Of a DNA stretch of 64,000 bases, positions 12,188 through 24,507 are shown one piece after another. Position 1 is the first letter of the stretch, and every line of letters starts with the position of its first letter. The DNA lies in the NCBI GenBank assembly GCA_010093705.1, contig MU006094.1, positions 657,550-721,549 of the forward strand, written 5' to 3'. This DNA comes from Patellaria atrata CBS 101060 (lineage: Eukaryota). A model generated the notes under the pieces. The model made no database searches. It was given only the letters and a program-made list of their open reading frames with translations, and was not told the origin of the DNA. Both the position numbers and the translations under genes were made by a program.

Positions 12188-13393
12188 ATGCGCCACAAGG
12201 AGATAGACCGCATAACCGGGACGAGATCTGTGGTAATATGGGCTGTACCCGTCAATATAGTCACGTTAGGGGCTCATATATAGGCACATGTTGAGTCGAA
12301 ACCTATAATTGAGGCCCTACGCCTTTGCCACCACTTTGGCACTGGTGCCAACGTACATCTCGCCAAGTTACCAGTGGAATTACTGATGATGGTCGAAAAG
12401 CGGGTTATCGCCCCTTACCGACGTGAATCAAGACAGGCATGGAGTAGAGAAGCTAACTGTTGGGCATTAACCTGCAACCCTTGCGAGCACTACACGTAAC
12501 AAGACCTTATAGACATGGTAATACAGCGAATTAATCATAATTCTATGAACAAACAGGAAGCTTTGAGCGAAAATGAGCGTTCAGACGCAGTCTCTATTTT
12601 CTATGATCAACTAAACGATTTACGTGCCGAACTGAATAACGATACTTCGGGATCTGCCGGGTGGGTGTCTTTGCACGAGGGAAGAAGGGAAGCTTTGTTG
12701 AAACGTCTCGAGTTATGGTTTTCTCACGAGTCTTATAGCGACCTAAACGAAAAGATAGAAATTAAGGAATCCCTGCTTCACCGGGGAACAGCTTTTGAGA
12801 TGCTTGATCCAGTTTCTTTCATGAGCATAGGAGCTGAAATGACCAAACAGGTTTTACAAGAAGACTTTGGGCTGCAGCCTTTCATCAGCGACTGACCTAA
12901 CTCAATAGGCTATCTCTCCAGTCGAGTCCCCGGATAACTTCGATATCAATCAGGATTAAGGATAAGGATGCTGGCGTACCTAATAATCGATACTAACATA
13001 GCCTGGGAGGAGGAAGTTCACAGTCCCTGGTCACCGTACGATCCCGAGAACTAACATACCGGCACCGTGCTATCCTCATATATAGATCCAGCAGCAATGG
13101 TTCTCACCTCGAGCAAGATCAAGCGCTTTCGTCACGCCATGAATTCCTTAAACCTGAAGCCGTACTTTAGCCATACACACATTCAGCGCGAAATTTGGGG
13201 TGACGACGGTCTGAAGAGCTCTGATCGTGAAAATAGGGAGGAGATTCAATGTCGAAGAAATGGTATAAACAATTTTTCCCCCTTCTTTTTCCACGTCTGA
13301 GTCCATCGACAAATGAACTACTATGGCACAGCGTTAGAGAAATCGGAATGGCCTAAGCTCATGAAACTCGTCGCCACAACTCAACTCCGCTAA
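12188..13393 (+). pseudogene. Disrupted fungal hypothetical (F-box-like helix) gene: one frame with six premature stops
   Basis: ATG 12188, then IWAVPV...LGAHI*AHVE...LRLCHHFGTG...LAKLPVELLMMVE...EWPKLMKL. Internal stops TAG 12281, TAA 12497, TGA 12893, TAA 12935, TAA 13052 and TGA 13298; no frameshift. Confidence 0.7.
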
Positions 13394-14415
13394 GAGGCAG
13401 TGAGATCCACCCAGTCGAGAAGACAGGAGATGCATCCGCCGTCGCGCTGTCAGAAACTCTCCCGTACGACGAGTTCTAGTGCACATCTCGATCTAATGAT
13501 CTCTATCATCTGTGCCACTAGATCTCACTGTAAAACTAGGCCACCTTTACACTCTCCACTCTTTTCTGTATGGTAAGTCAGAAGCGAGCGGGTTACACTT
13601 AGAAAATAGATATGAATAACCGAGAGCCTCATAATATAAGCAACTGCTATACATTAGAACTCTTGCGTTTATAGAGCTTGACGGGTATGTATACGAGCTT
13701 GAACATTCCGTACACGGCGTCAGACTATGCTTCGAGGATGGATTACAAAATTCAGCTTGCGAGAACTAGAATCTTTCAGAGTTCAATATGAGGTCGGTCA
13801 TTACATAGAATAGGACACCACAAAAAAAAGCTCACTAAGTAAAGTTTCTCAAAACACCACATTATAACTTCAAATAGTCTAAAGCTTGATAGGGATATAC
13901 TTAGTAATAAGGAGTATAAGGCCAGCTATTTATTCCTGAATTCATCCTCGAGTTTTCGATGTAAAATTGTTATTGGAAAAGTGTGTTTTTGGCGTGGTAC
14001 GGGACCTTATCCCACGTATTTTGCGGACACCTGGTATGACTAAATCGATGACAGTCTTATTGATAGTAGTATAAGCGGTGATGGTAAGCTAAGCTACACT
14101 ACCGATTGTAAGAACATATACTGGATACGAAAATGAGGAGGCGCTAAATAAATTTCCATTTAAACCGCCTGTCTAAAGGCCATCTCACACAATACCATAA
14201 TATTCTATCAATATCAGTTCTTCAACACATAAAAAAAAAAAACTTAATTCTCTTTTCCAAAACCGCGTCTCCGCTAGAAGAATGAAAACCCCATCCAAAC
14301 GCCAATGCTGGATAACTCAAAAGCCGGGCCCATATGTAATCCCGGACCAAGAACGCCATATACACCATTCCACCACACGTGCGCAGGAATTCGCAAAGAG
14401 AGGAGGGAGAAACCG

Positions 14416-15512
14416 CTAATGCTCCATCAACTCGACTGGGGGCCTCTGTGTCTTGACGATCTTGCCCGGTCCCGTTTCCCTGGGGGGATCAATAACCAAC
14501 AACAACTTCTCGCGTAGTTTATCCGCTTGCGGTCCACTGATCGTCAACTTTGGCGCATCCATATCCTCATCTGCGCTATCCCCGCTCTCTTCGGTAGGTT
14601 CTCCCTTCCCCACTTCCTCAGCGGTACGTTCCAACTCCCTTATAACGGCATCCAATTCTATGATAACATCCCCCGCATCCTCCTCGCCCATGTCCTCCGG
14701 CTCCTCCGTCAGCTCGACAGGCTCGTCCGTCATGTTCTCCACCGCGATCATGGGGAGGTCGATATCGGCGCTCTGACTGTGGTGTTTGGGATGATACACG
14801 ATGGTCGAGCCTCTTTTTCTGGGCGCGAATGTGTCCGCCTCGGGACTGATGGGCGAGCTCGGGAGTTCCGGTTCCGGCACCACGAATGCGAGGTCCTCGG
14901 CGTGCGGGAGCTTGTTGGGTGGGTCTTCTTCGCGGCTTACCCAGTCGTGCGGTGGCGAGGGGGGAGGGGACAGGAGGTGCTGTTTTTCGAATTTGGGGAC
15001 GGGGAGGTGCTGGTCTTCTTCTTTGTAGGGGGCTGCGCCGCCGTATTCGACGGTGATGTCCGAGAGGGGGTACTTGCAGGTTCCAGCGTGCGGGTGGGTT
15101 TGTTGTTGTGTCTTTTGGGTGGAGGAGAGGGTGCGGAGGGTTTCTTTGACGCTGTCGGCGGAGGTGATGGTCGGGAATATTAGGACGAGGAGGTCGTCGC
15201 GGGACCATTTGTGGTGAATGAATTTGGGGGAGATGGTCCGGAGGAGGTTTAGAAAGGTGGTATAGGTGGGTTCGTGGGAGAGTATGGAATTGTTGTTGAG
15301 GCCCTGGGATGTTGTTTAGAGGGGTGACTGAGCAGGTTGGAGAAGACACTTACTTTGATGACGAGCGTGTTGGTGGATACTGGCTTCTTTGAGTGGTAGG
15401 GCAATTTGGGTAGCTCGGAGAAGTCGAGCATTCCAGGTCGTGGCGACCTACGGCCTCCTCTCAGTGAGAAGCTGGACGCTGGTGAGGCCGCAGGCGAATA
15501 GTCCGATTCCAT
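14416..15512 (-). CDS. RCN1: Calcipressin / regulator of calcineurin (RCAN family); intron 15304-15353
   Basis: Spliced product has STNTLVIK, QHLPVP (LxVP-like), LLSPPPSPPHDWVSREEDPPNKLPHAEDLA (SP motif), PMIAVE (PxIxIT-like) and C-terminal TQRPPVELME. Confidence 0.85.
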
Positions 15513-16814
15513 TGTTTAGGTTGTAGGTTGTTCAATGAGGCGAACCTTTGTGGTTGTTCCTGAGCCCGATGGACAATTTGCCGCAGTCGAGAGGTAGAAG
15601 AGTTGCTGGAGATTGTCGAGAGTAGAATGTGGGTGAGAAGTTATCTTGCTCTTGTATTGTACCTCTGTACCTCTCCAAGATAATGATGATGAGTGGTGTT
15701 CAGGCGCAGGGCTTTGTCATTGCTCCCGAGATCCCGAAGGTTCTCCCCGTTCTTCCAAGAGCCAGAATTTCCTTAAGGTCTTGCACTGCCTCACTCGATA
15801 TTCACCACTATTACCCAACATGCTACTTTCTCCGCAATACTTGGAGTAAATATGCGTGCACATCTCAAAGACTTTCCCTTTCCAGGAAGGGGACAGACCA
15901 TAAGAAGCGTGAATTTTTGCCCGGGCCCTGCAAGGTCACACATATAACCACCCTTATTCAAAACACTTCACGATCTCTTTCGCCTCCGCGGCCTCCCAAG
16001 TTGAAAAGAATATTCGCCTGGGAAAAGGGGGACAGGTACCGCAACCGACTCATTCAAAGCGCAGCCTTACGGAATGCGCGAGTTTAAAGTCCCGTGCTGA
16101 TGAGAAGGAATACTGTGCTTGACCTGAATTTGAAAACTTGCGCGTAGTACTGCACACTCGGACCGTCTCTACAACTGCGCCCTTTTATCCTCGCCGTCAG
16201 TTACATCATCTTGTATAGAGTACACATTTCGGGTAATATCAGGTACGAACTGTCAAGGACTGTTAAAATAAACTTATATTCTACCCTCGTGGCAAATTCA
16301 ACTGGCTAAACTGTACCTCAAGCCGCTGACGGAGTACCTACTTGTACTATATGCATGTATTCCGCACTGTACAGTACAGCAGTGTCTCACCGTCGGATAT
16401 TTCTTGTCTTTGTAGGAATCAGGGGGATGCCTCTGTTTCTCTGTTCCATCTACTTGTACTCACTCGGATGGACCAGATAGTTTCAAGTTCCTCAATGCCC
16501 GGATCTGATAAGGGACTGTATCTACCTACCCCTCACTACTAGAATAATGTTAAAAGAGAAGTTGCTTACGTATACGTATAAAATACGAATCTTAAGAATA
16601 AATCGTCATTTATACACGTGACCCGTTAAATTGATAGAGCCGACAGTAGGCGGCGCTGCCGACTCTGGAGCCCATTGCCATCCCCGAGCCGTAACCGCAG
16701 CTCAAGCTTCCATGCCACCTAATATGGTAGGCTTTCATAAGGATTCTACTCACAGCGAAGCCACTTTATCTAGACATATCTCGGTCTCAATTCCAAGGAC
16801 CTATCTCAGCTGCA

Positions 16815-18032
16815 ATGACCACCGCTCGCACCGCAGCACGTCTACCACGACTTCTCTCTCGCCGACTGTGCCACAGAGCGTACTCTCAAGCCGCAGCACG
16901 AGGAGGCAACGAGGTGAGAATTGTAGAAGTGGGACCAAGAGACGGATTGCAGAATGAGAAGAAGACTGTACCGGTCGCTACAAAGATTGAACTTGTAGAC
17001 AGACTATCAGCAACAGGGTTGAAGACAATCGAGGCTGGTTCTTTCGTTTCACCGAAATGGGTCCCTCAGGTACAGGACCTCACGTTTCCTACAATCAAGG
17101 AACGGAAATACTAATATAGCGTACAATTGTAGATGGCCAATTCTTCTGAGATCCTCTCACACCTTCTTGATTATCCTCCTAAGTCTTCAGAACCCCTGAC
17201 ATACCAATGGCTCCTCCCCAACACTCAAGGCCTCGACAACTTTCTTTCCACATACTCCTCCCATCCGTCGAACTTCACAAAAACAGACAAACCCCCCGCT
17301 CTCAATACCTCCTCTCAAGATCCCAACTCCATGCCTTCCACTTCCCCTTCTTCGACCTCCTCATCTCTCCTCTCCCCACATAAACACGAAATCTCCATCT
17401 TCACCGCCGCCACCGAAACCTTCACGCAAAAGAACACCAACTGCAGCATCGCCGAGTCCCTTGAACGCTTCAAGTCCATCTTCGCCACCGCCAAAGAGCT
17501 CTCCCTCCCCATCCGCGCCTACATCTCCGTCGCCCTCGGCTGCCCCTACGAAGGTCCCAACGTCTCCCCCCACGCCGTCGCCGACCTCGCCGTCTCCCTG
17601 CTCGAAATGGGCGCCGACGAGATCAGCGTTGCCGACACAACGGGCCAGGGCACCGCGCCCAGGACCGCCGAACTCCTCAAGACCCTCGCTGCTGCCGGTG
17701 TCGATGTCGCAGATCTTGCGCTGCATTTTCATGATACGTGGGGTATGGCGCTCGTTAATATGATTGTCGGGCTGGAGCATGGGGTTCGCACATTCGATGC
17801 TGCGGTTGCGGGACTGGGCGGGTGTCCGTTTAGTCCTGGTGCGACGGGGAACGTGGCCAGTGAGGATGTGGTGTATCTGTGTGAGAGCTTGGGGTTGAAG
17901 ACTGGCGTTGATTTGGCGGCGTTGGCGGGGGTCGGGGAGTGGATCAGCGAAGAACTGGGGAGAGAGAATGAGAGTAGAGCGGGGAAGGCTACGATGGCGA
18001 AATTAAGAGGGGGGAAAGGTGTAGGTGGGTAG
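16815..18032 (+). CDS. HMGCL: Hydroxymethylglutaryl-CoA lyase, mitochondrial; intron 17070-17132
   Basis: Arg-rich presequence; [57 protein letters not shown]. Confidence 0.95.
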
Positions 18033-18762
18033 GATGGGGTGTGGAAGAATCTAGGGCGGAGTTGAGGACGTATAATACCCTTCTATATGGAAGTTGCAGT
18101 AGATGTTAACATACGGTGTGCAGTAAAGTCAATTTTACTGTTTTACGCTCGTTGTACGTGTATCGTGTCAATGAACAAATCTGATGTGGTGCAGATCAAT
18201 ACTATCAACGTTTTCCAGGGTGTTATACCGTGGACACGCATCAGTACAGTGCGCGGTGCGTCAGGGTGAGCGCTACGTCTCAATGTTGCGAATCTAAATC
18301 TACCGCATTCGATGAATCTCGCAGGATTTTTCTCTTTAGACCAGAGGTTGTGGGTAGCTGACATATGTGTGTAGAGTACATATTATAGGTATTCTTAGCC
18401 CTAGTTGTCCAAATGGTCTTCGTTCTTTCCGCAATTAACCGAATCTATGATGACGATAAGGAGATGACGAATCCTAGGAGTTGGATGCTGAATCTAAGCA
18501 ATAACCTTATATTACAATAAATGTACCGCATAAGACGAAATCAAGTTTATGTCATTTGATTCCGGATTGTATGTTATAGTCATCCCATCCGCTTACAGAG
18601 GTGCACCAATCTTTTTCAATGGCATGGTGGACGCACAATGTCATACTAAAAAATCTATCACCCAATTGTCCAATTACAACCAACAATAAAGCCCTCATGT
18701 ATAAGATCCTAGTTCTCGGCGTCCAAAGGTCAGGAGATTTCTTAGACCGTAGTCTTAGGAAC

Positions 18763-19690
18763 CTACCAGGGTGGAGGTGGAGGCGGCGGAGGTGGTGGAG
18801 GTGGTGGAGGTTGAGCGCCACCACTTTTCGTGCCGGTCGAAGGGGCAGAGCTGACTGGAGATCTTAACATAGAGGTGACGGCAGCCGCGAATAGGACCAT
18901 GAAAGAGAAGGTCAGCTAGTGTAGTACTCTCAGAGTGGTTCCGCTGGTGACCCGGATGGCAGCACTGTTTGGTTTCTGGGTTAAGATCTGCATGGCTGTA
19001 ACTGTCTGCTCCACGGAGACTACCTCTGTGAGTGTAAGTCCCACAGAGATCCAGAGTAACTGCCACCAAATATGATTTGAAAGTTCTGTAGCGCTTCTGA
19101 GCTGTCGGATTTTGCCGTGCTCTCACGTATCGCTTCAGTCATAGGAGTATTAGACCGATGAAGAAAGTTGCTCCAGCTCCAGCTAGCAGACATAGGATGA
19201 CTTTGGTTTGCAGTACTAACGTGACATCCAGAAGAGGCTGCAAAGATGCACGATTTGGGCCAAAAGTCAAAAATCGTCCTGGTAGGGTCCCCGATGTAGC
19301 CCCGTTCGTAGGGTTGCATTCGGTTCCTCCTGGACCGCCTATGCAAATACCTGTTTGAAATTTGGATAAGTGGCCGTTTAGTGATAAATTTTTGGTATGA
19401 CTTACCAAAGTACCCGACGCGGACAACAGCTTGGGTTGAGTTTAGCACACCAGAGGAGTGCTGTAGGCGCACAAGATATATATCCGGAATTCCTGGCGAA
19501 CTGGACACGCAGTTTGTAAGTGCAAGGACTATTAATCATTTAGCTTTATCAACATAGAGTGCTCGACTAATACCATACCGCAGAACATGAGAATTGGAAT
19601 AGGCAACAAGTAACTAAAGAAACGAAGATTGACGCTCTCTGGAGGAATTTTATTGTCAGTTTCCAAAAGCCGTGGCAACACCTTACTCAT
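18763..19690 (-). pseudogene. Fig1/SUR7-like tetraspan membrane protein, disrupted
   Basis: After removing two GT-AG introns: VLALTNCVSSSPGIPDIYLVRL...VVRVGYFGICIG...C (Fig1-type GYFGxC motif). In-frame TGA 19139-19141, +1 frameshift near 19060, TAG 18916-18918 in LRVLH*LTF, and a poly-Pro C-terminus. Confidence 0.7.
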
Positions 19691-21273
19691 GATAATGAAA
19701 GAAGTTCTCAACTTGCCAGAAGTCGGGTTTGTTAAGTACGCCCCGCGCTCTATGCCGACTCTCCAGCGTAAAAAGCAATAAGAAATGAAAGATGAGAGGG
19801 TGATAGTTCTACTCAAGGAAATATACCATAGGAAAGGAGGAAGCTTGCCGTTCTATGATCCATCACACTTGGGCTGGTCTGAATTTAAGCCCAGTCTCCC
19901 TAATGACAGTTCAAAATTAGAGTATGTGCCACTTCTAAATCAGACCCGATCAGTTCCACCTTGCCTCAATTGCCAACACATTCAGGTCTCATGTTGTAGT
20001 CTACTAATAAACCCACAGTTTGAATTAGACGCGCGGTACGTACTGTTCTAGCAACGGCGGATATCACGACATAGTGGATGAACAATTTCTAGCATTGAAC
20101 GGAGAGAGGCGTGCCATATTTTACCGGTATCACTCATCGAGGTCTGCGAGAAAGAGATTACAACACTGTTTCCAAATGAAGAGAACTCTTACTGGGTTTC
20201 CATTATGGATTACTCTTATTCCTATCTATCACTTTAGCTTCCAAGTATAAACATTGCCCGAGATAACTTCGGATATCGTCAAGTCAATGTTACCAGTGTG
20301 ACCTATAAGGTATTTACGGAAAGCAATCTTAGGTTTGAGAACAGATATCTCTTATCCGCCATTGAGTGAACCTAGATATCCTTAGTAAGGACTAGAGAAT
20401 CCTGGGTTTTCGCTGTACTTGCCACACAGACGTAACGACCTCGACCCCAGACTTATGCAAGGTTTGTCACATCAACGGCAACTCGAAACGGGGCTTAGGA
20501 GCCAAAAAGCTCCTACAAAAGCCACCAATTTATCCGCACGCGCGTGTTGCGGGTGTAACGTTGCGGAAATTATCCAATTATATATATATGTTTATAGCGC
20601 GGCAAAAGAGTCCTGTGCCGCTGCGTTTCTACATCCGGAAATTCTGAAAGCGTTCATGTAACTAATTTTGGCGAAAATGCCTGGTAGGACATGATGAGGC
20701 TGGATCGGCCTGAGAAAGCGAGATTAATACTTGCCGTGCCGTGATATTTTCAGTATATATCGGAACGAAGACCGGACAGCAATATTGAAGAACGCACTTT
20801 TGAAAGCAGTGCCTTGGTACTCCACCCAGGGGGCCAGCATTCTGGCGGGATAATGACTCGAGAATAAGCCTTTTGAATGATTCCAACCTATCAATCTAGT
20901 TGTTCAAACAGGAATCAGAGGTGACTATGTTCTACCATTCGCATGATTGTGTTGCATACCTTCCACATTCGCGCTTATAATCCATTCAGCGTTGGGGAAC
21001 ACATCCTGAATTAGAACTACCGATCGGAATATTTCTAGAAACATGAGGTTCGAATGTCCATCCGATGAGGACATAAATAGGGAGGTCGGTCCTTGTTGGA
21101 GAACCAAATACGCAACAATCACATCGGATACCTATTCACTATCAGTTTTCTTAATAGCCAAAGACTAAATTTCTCAGGAAACCTTCTCCTTTATTTCAAG
21201 ACTCTAGTGTACATCCACTCGATCTCCAGTTTCATATCTCTTTCCGGGATCTTCCTATAAAAGCCACAACATA

Positions 21274-22128
21274 ATGTCGACAGCACGCTATTATGAGGTC
21301 TACAAGGCTTCGTATCGCCTAGGGATGCAAGACCCTTTGATGCTAGCAGGGCCAAAAAGGTTCCATAACAGTATCTTCGTCGTAACGAACGCCGATGGCA
21401 GCGGCTGGATCCACCATGTTGTGGGTGACCTTGTCAGTGGATGTAGATACGAAAGGAAAAAGGGTAGAGCTCCCCAAGACTCCGATTCGCACGAAATTTC
21501 GATCCCTCTTGGTCGAGTTCGTGTGGAGGATTATCCTCAGGCCTCTGAGAATATTATGATGACTGTACCGCCTCCTCCCCGTCAAAGGATGTTCAATCCC
21601 GCAACCTACACGACTATGCCATGCAAGCCAGACGGTACGTTCTACAAAGCTCACGAAACACCAATTCCGTACTGGAAATATACCGAATGGACAGAGCAGA
21701 AAGCGATCCCTGCACTGTTACAAAGTGGTTTGATCCACCCGAGCGGTGCAGAAACCCAAGCAAGTTCAGCCGCTGCTGCCCCTAGTACTGACGATTGGGT
21801 TTGGGATCAAGATCGCGGACAATACCGCCATTGGGACGGAAATAGCTGAATCTTCCGTGAAGGTGGAGAGCAGGGTGGTATCTCTGTTACTCAATCCAAC
21901 GCAGGTGCGACTTCAGGTGCTGTGGATTGGGTCTGGGATGAAGATCGTCGTCAGTACCGCTATTGGAACGGAAACAGCTGGATTTTTCGTGATCAAGATG
22001 CTGGAACCGCCCAAGCCAACATCCCAACAGCCGCAGGAACAGGGGCGGGATCACTGGAGTGGGTATACGATACGGAGCAAAAGAAATATCGCTACTGGAA
22101 CGGTAGCGAGTGGATCTATCAGTGGTAA
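21274..22128 (+). pseudogene. DUF6540-like domain plus three Trp-rich repeats, interrupted by one in-frame TGA (pseudogene or recoded gene)
   Basis: RFHNSIFVVTNADGSGWIHHVVGDLVSG...PPPPRQ...TEWT..AIPAL resembles DUF6540. Repeats DWVWDxDRxQYRxWxGNSW; TGA 21847-21849 sits where repeat 2 has TGG, and the frame continues to TAA 22126-22128. Confidence 0.7.
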
Positions 22129-23252
22129 GCAGCTCTTTCATTACTGTTTATCTACTGGAGACGAAGAATGCTCTCGGTATTCAACTTCGGTGGACGAGCG
22201 TTTGTTTGGTTAACCTTGCTTTCATAGCTGGTCTTGCTTTGCACTTTAAGCACTCATTTGGTCTTTGGGTGTTGTTCTTACTGCGCACTTTTACCACTCG
22301 TTTCGTGTTATGTGTACTTAGGTTGTTTTGCAGTTTGTCACTCATCTTGTTATGTAGTTAGCAGAATTTATCGGTGTATACAAGCTGGTTAAAGAAGCTG
22401 GACTTTCCTAGTAACCTAACAGCATTATTAAGACCCTGAGATTGTTTGATAGAAGCGTGCATAACCGAGGCCAATGATGATTCACGTTCCTTTGAAAGGT
22501 TTTATGCTCTATCGCTGACCTACTCTTATGATGACTTAATGTAAGCAGTTATCGAGCACACTGTCCTGGTTCTGTGAACAGTATTCAAAAGCGGAGGTCT
22601 TGGAACAACATCCTCATAACAGCAGCCTCTTTCGGCCATACGTCAACAATATCCTCTAGCCGTTGAGGCCAATCATCATCCCATTGAAAGGTCATAAATA
22701 TCGCAGCATATGGTCGCCAACAGCCACGACTCGATGATAAGAAAGCTCAGATTTGAAGACTACGTTCGAGGTCAGAATCTGCGACTCGGTAGGTAAAAGC
22801 GCAGGAAGCTGCGATGGTGGCAAAAGAAAAGGAAGTTTTATGGGCTCCCAATGCATAGACTAATCGAATTATAAGCGATGCGACGTAGGGGTTTCGAAAT
22901 AAATTTGTAATATACTTACCGCCATAATTTTGAAGATTAAGTGTCAATACCCGCCTCAAGGGAATTGTACTCTTGTCTTTCTATCGCGGCACAGTCACTA
23001 TGCACGGTTGCTGGATAGTCACGGTCATCCATGGATGTAGGTTCCCTTAGCCTTTCAAGTACGCCAAGACGCTAACGATTTTAAGAGTTACCTTAAGGTA
23101 GGTTCTCGTGCACCAAGTGGTATATTCTGGAGTCTTCAGGCAAGCCATTCTTCTACAAAACCGTCTTAGGAGGAATAGGAACCAAATTGTAAGATTGGGG
23201 CTGATACCGCACATGAAATAACTGAAAGTAGTTTTCTCATGCCATTCGAACC

Positions 23253-24374
23253 CTATCTCCCGCTAAATCTTCCCCCGGACGGGAAGTTCTTTGCTGACAG
23301 CAAAACGCCCTTGACACTTCTGATTTCGCTTTTCAGCTTCTCCATCTCATCGCTCTTCCCTGATGTCGTTGAGTTTCCATATATGCTTGGATAATAAATG
23401 TTCGAGTAACTCATCTCCGTCAAGTATGATCTCAGATCATTTACTTGCGTCACAACCGACTCATGGGATGTCTTGTTCCCTTTGGTGCCGTCTAATAACT
23501 CTGACAGGTGTGAATTTATTATTTTCATACGGTTAGTATGACCATTGAGCATCTTGGAAGCAGACTCTTCGGCAGATGATGGTTCTGTAGAGGCAGAATT
23601 CCGTCGAGACAGAGAAGGAGAAGTCTGCGTGCCAAAATCGCGGTGAAAGAGCTCTGTAGGATCAGAGGTTACGCTTTCCACTTCATCATCGACCTCAGTG
23701 GGTTCGAGTAGCTGAGACCCGGAAGTATGTATAGGAGGCACAACCGAAGCTGTCTTTTCTAACTTTCGATTGAGTTCAGATAGCTGTGAGAGAATATGAG
23801 CAGCAAAGTCTTGCCGTGCATCGGTTAAGGATTCGGACATTGGCTTTGCGACGAACTTTGATAAACCATATATACCTAACGTAAGAGCACTGGTAGCGTA
23901 GACTATATTTGCGAGACGGTTGAGGGTAATCAGAGGAGGTGGTTTGGTCGACTGTGTGAGAAACTCGGGGTAGGTGACGATCGGAGGGATGTCGCGTGGA
24001 GTGGGTATCGACAGCTTCTTAGATTTAACATCTTCGCTAGGAAGGGAAGGAACAGTTTGGGCTGAATCTGGTGTGCTATCTGCTTGAGACGAAGGAATTG
24101 GAAGTTTCTCTATCTCGGTATCGCTGAGTCCTTTCGTCTTGAGAAATTCAACCTTTTTGGCTCGCGGCTCATTCCGTATGCTTGGATCCTCGAGGAATTT
24201 CAAGGCCGTCTCCACTAAGGAAGAAGATTCGAGAGAACTCGAATTTGTCTTCGTAGATACCTCACCATCTGAAACGCTATCCGTTGTTGGGTTTTGTTTG
24301 TTTTCGGGTGAAGCTGTTGCAATGGGCGTTGACCGTTGCCATGAAGGTATGGCATTCTTCTTTAGATCTGACAT
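23253..24374 (-). CDS. PEX14/17: Peroxin Pex14/17 (Pex33), filamentous-fungus docking complex protein
   Basis: Pex14 N-domain (ALKFLEDPSIRNEPRAKKVEFLKTKGL), DIPPIVTYPEFL, DPTELFHRDFGTQTS, IRSVKGVLLSAKNFP; first ATG at 24374. Confidence 0.85.
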   Translation of the reverse strand: MSDLKKNAIPSWQRSTPIATASPENKQNPTTDSVSDGEVSTKTNSSSLESSSLVETALKFLEDPSIRNEPRAKKVEFLKTKGLSDTEIEKLPIPSSQADSTPDSAQTVPSLPSEDVKSKKLSIPTPRDIPPIVTYPEFLTQSTKPPPLITLNRLANIVYATSALTLGIYGLSKFVAKPMSESLTDARQDFAAHILSQLSELNRKLEKTASVVPPIHTSGSQLLEPTEVDDEVESVTSDPTELFHRDFGTQTSPSLSRRNSASTEPSSAEESASKMLNGHTNRMKIINSHLSELLDGTKGNKTSHESVVTQVNDLRSYLTEMSYSNIYYPSIYGNSTTSGKSDEMEKLKSEIRSVKGVLLSAKNFPSGGRFSGR

Positions 24375-24507
24375 CTTTTTTGGTTGGAAGTGAGGGTCGG
24401 TGAGAGCAAGAAGACCCAAGAAATGCCGTCACTTGAAGATTGACTCAAGGTGGACGTTGCTACAGAAGGGATTGTTAATGACATCCCGACAGAACCTCGG
24501 CTTGGGG

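Noticed and set aside
14527..15349. Overlapping 218-aa (+) and 243-aa (-) ORFs
   Set aside because: Alternative frames of the GC-skewed calcipressin exon; the true frame is recovered by splicing 15304-15353.
17993..18032. Internal AKL near the HMG-CoA lyase C-terminus as a cryptic PTS1
   Set aside because: Followed by eight more residues, and no splice or stop arrangement is visible that would expose it.
22400..22960. Protein-like fragments on the minus strand (NLFRNPYVASLI, FQWDDDWPQRLEDIVDVWP) and an ATGATGA...CTGA pair on the plus strand
   Set aside because: Possibly another gene relic, but too degraded to assign. The C/D-like boxes are too close together and lack a recognisable rRNA guide.
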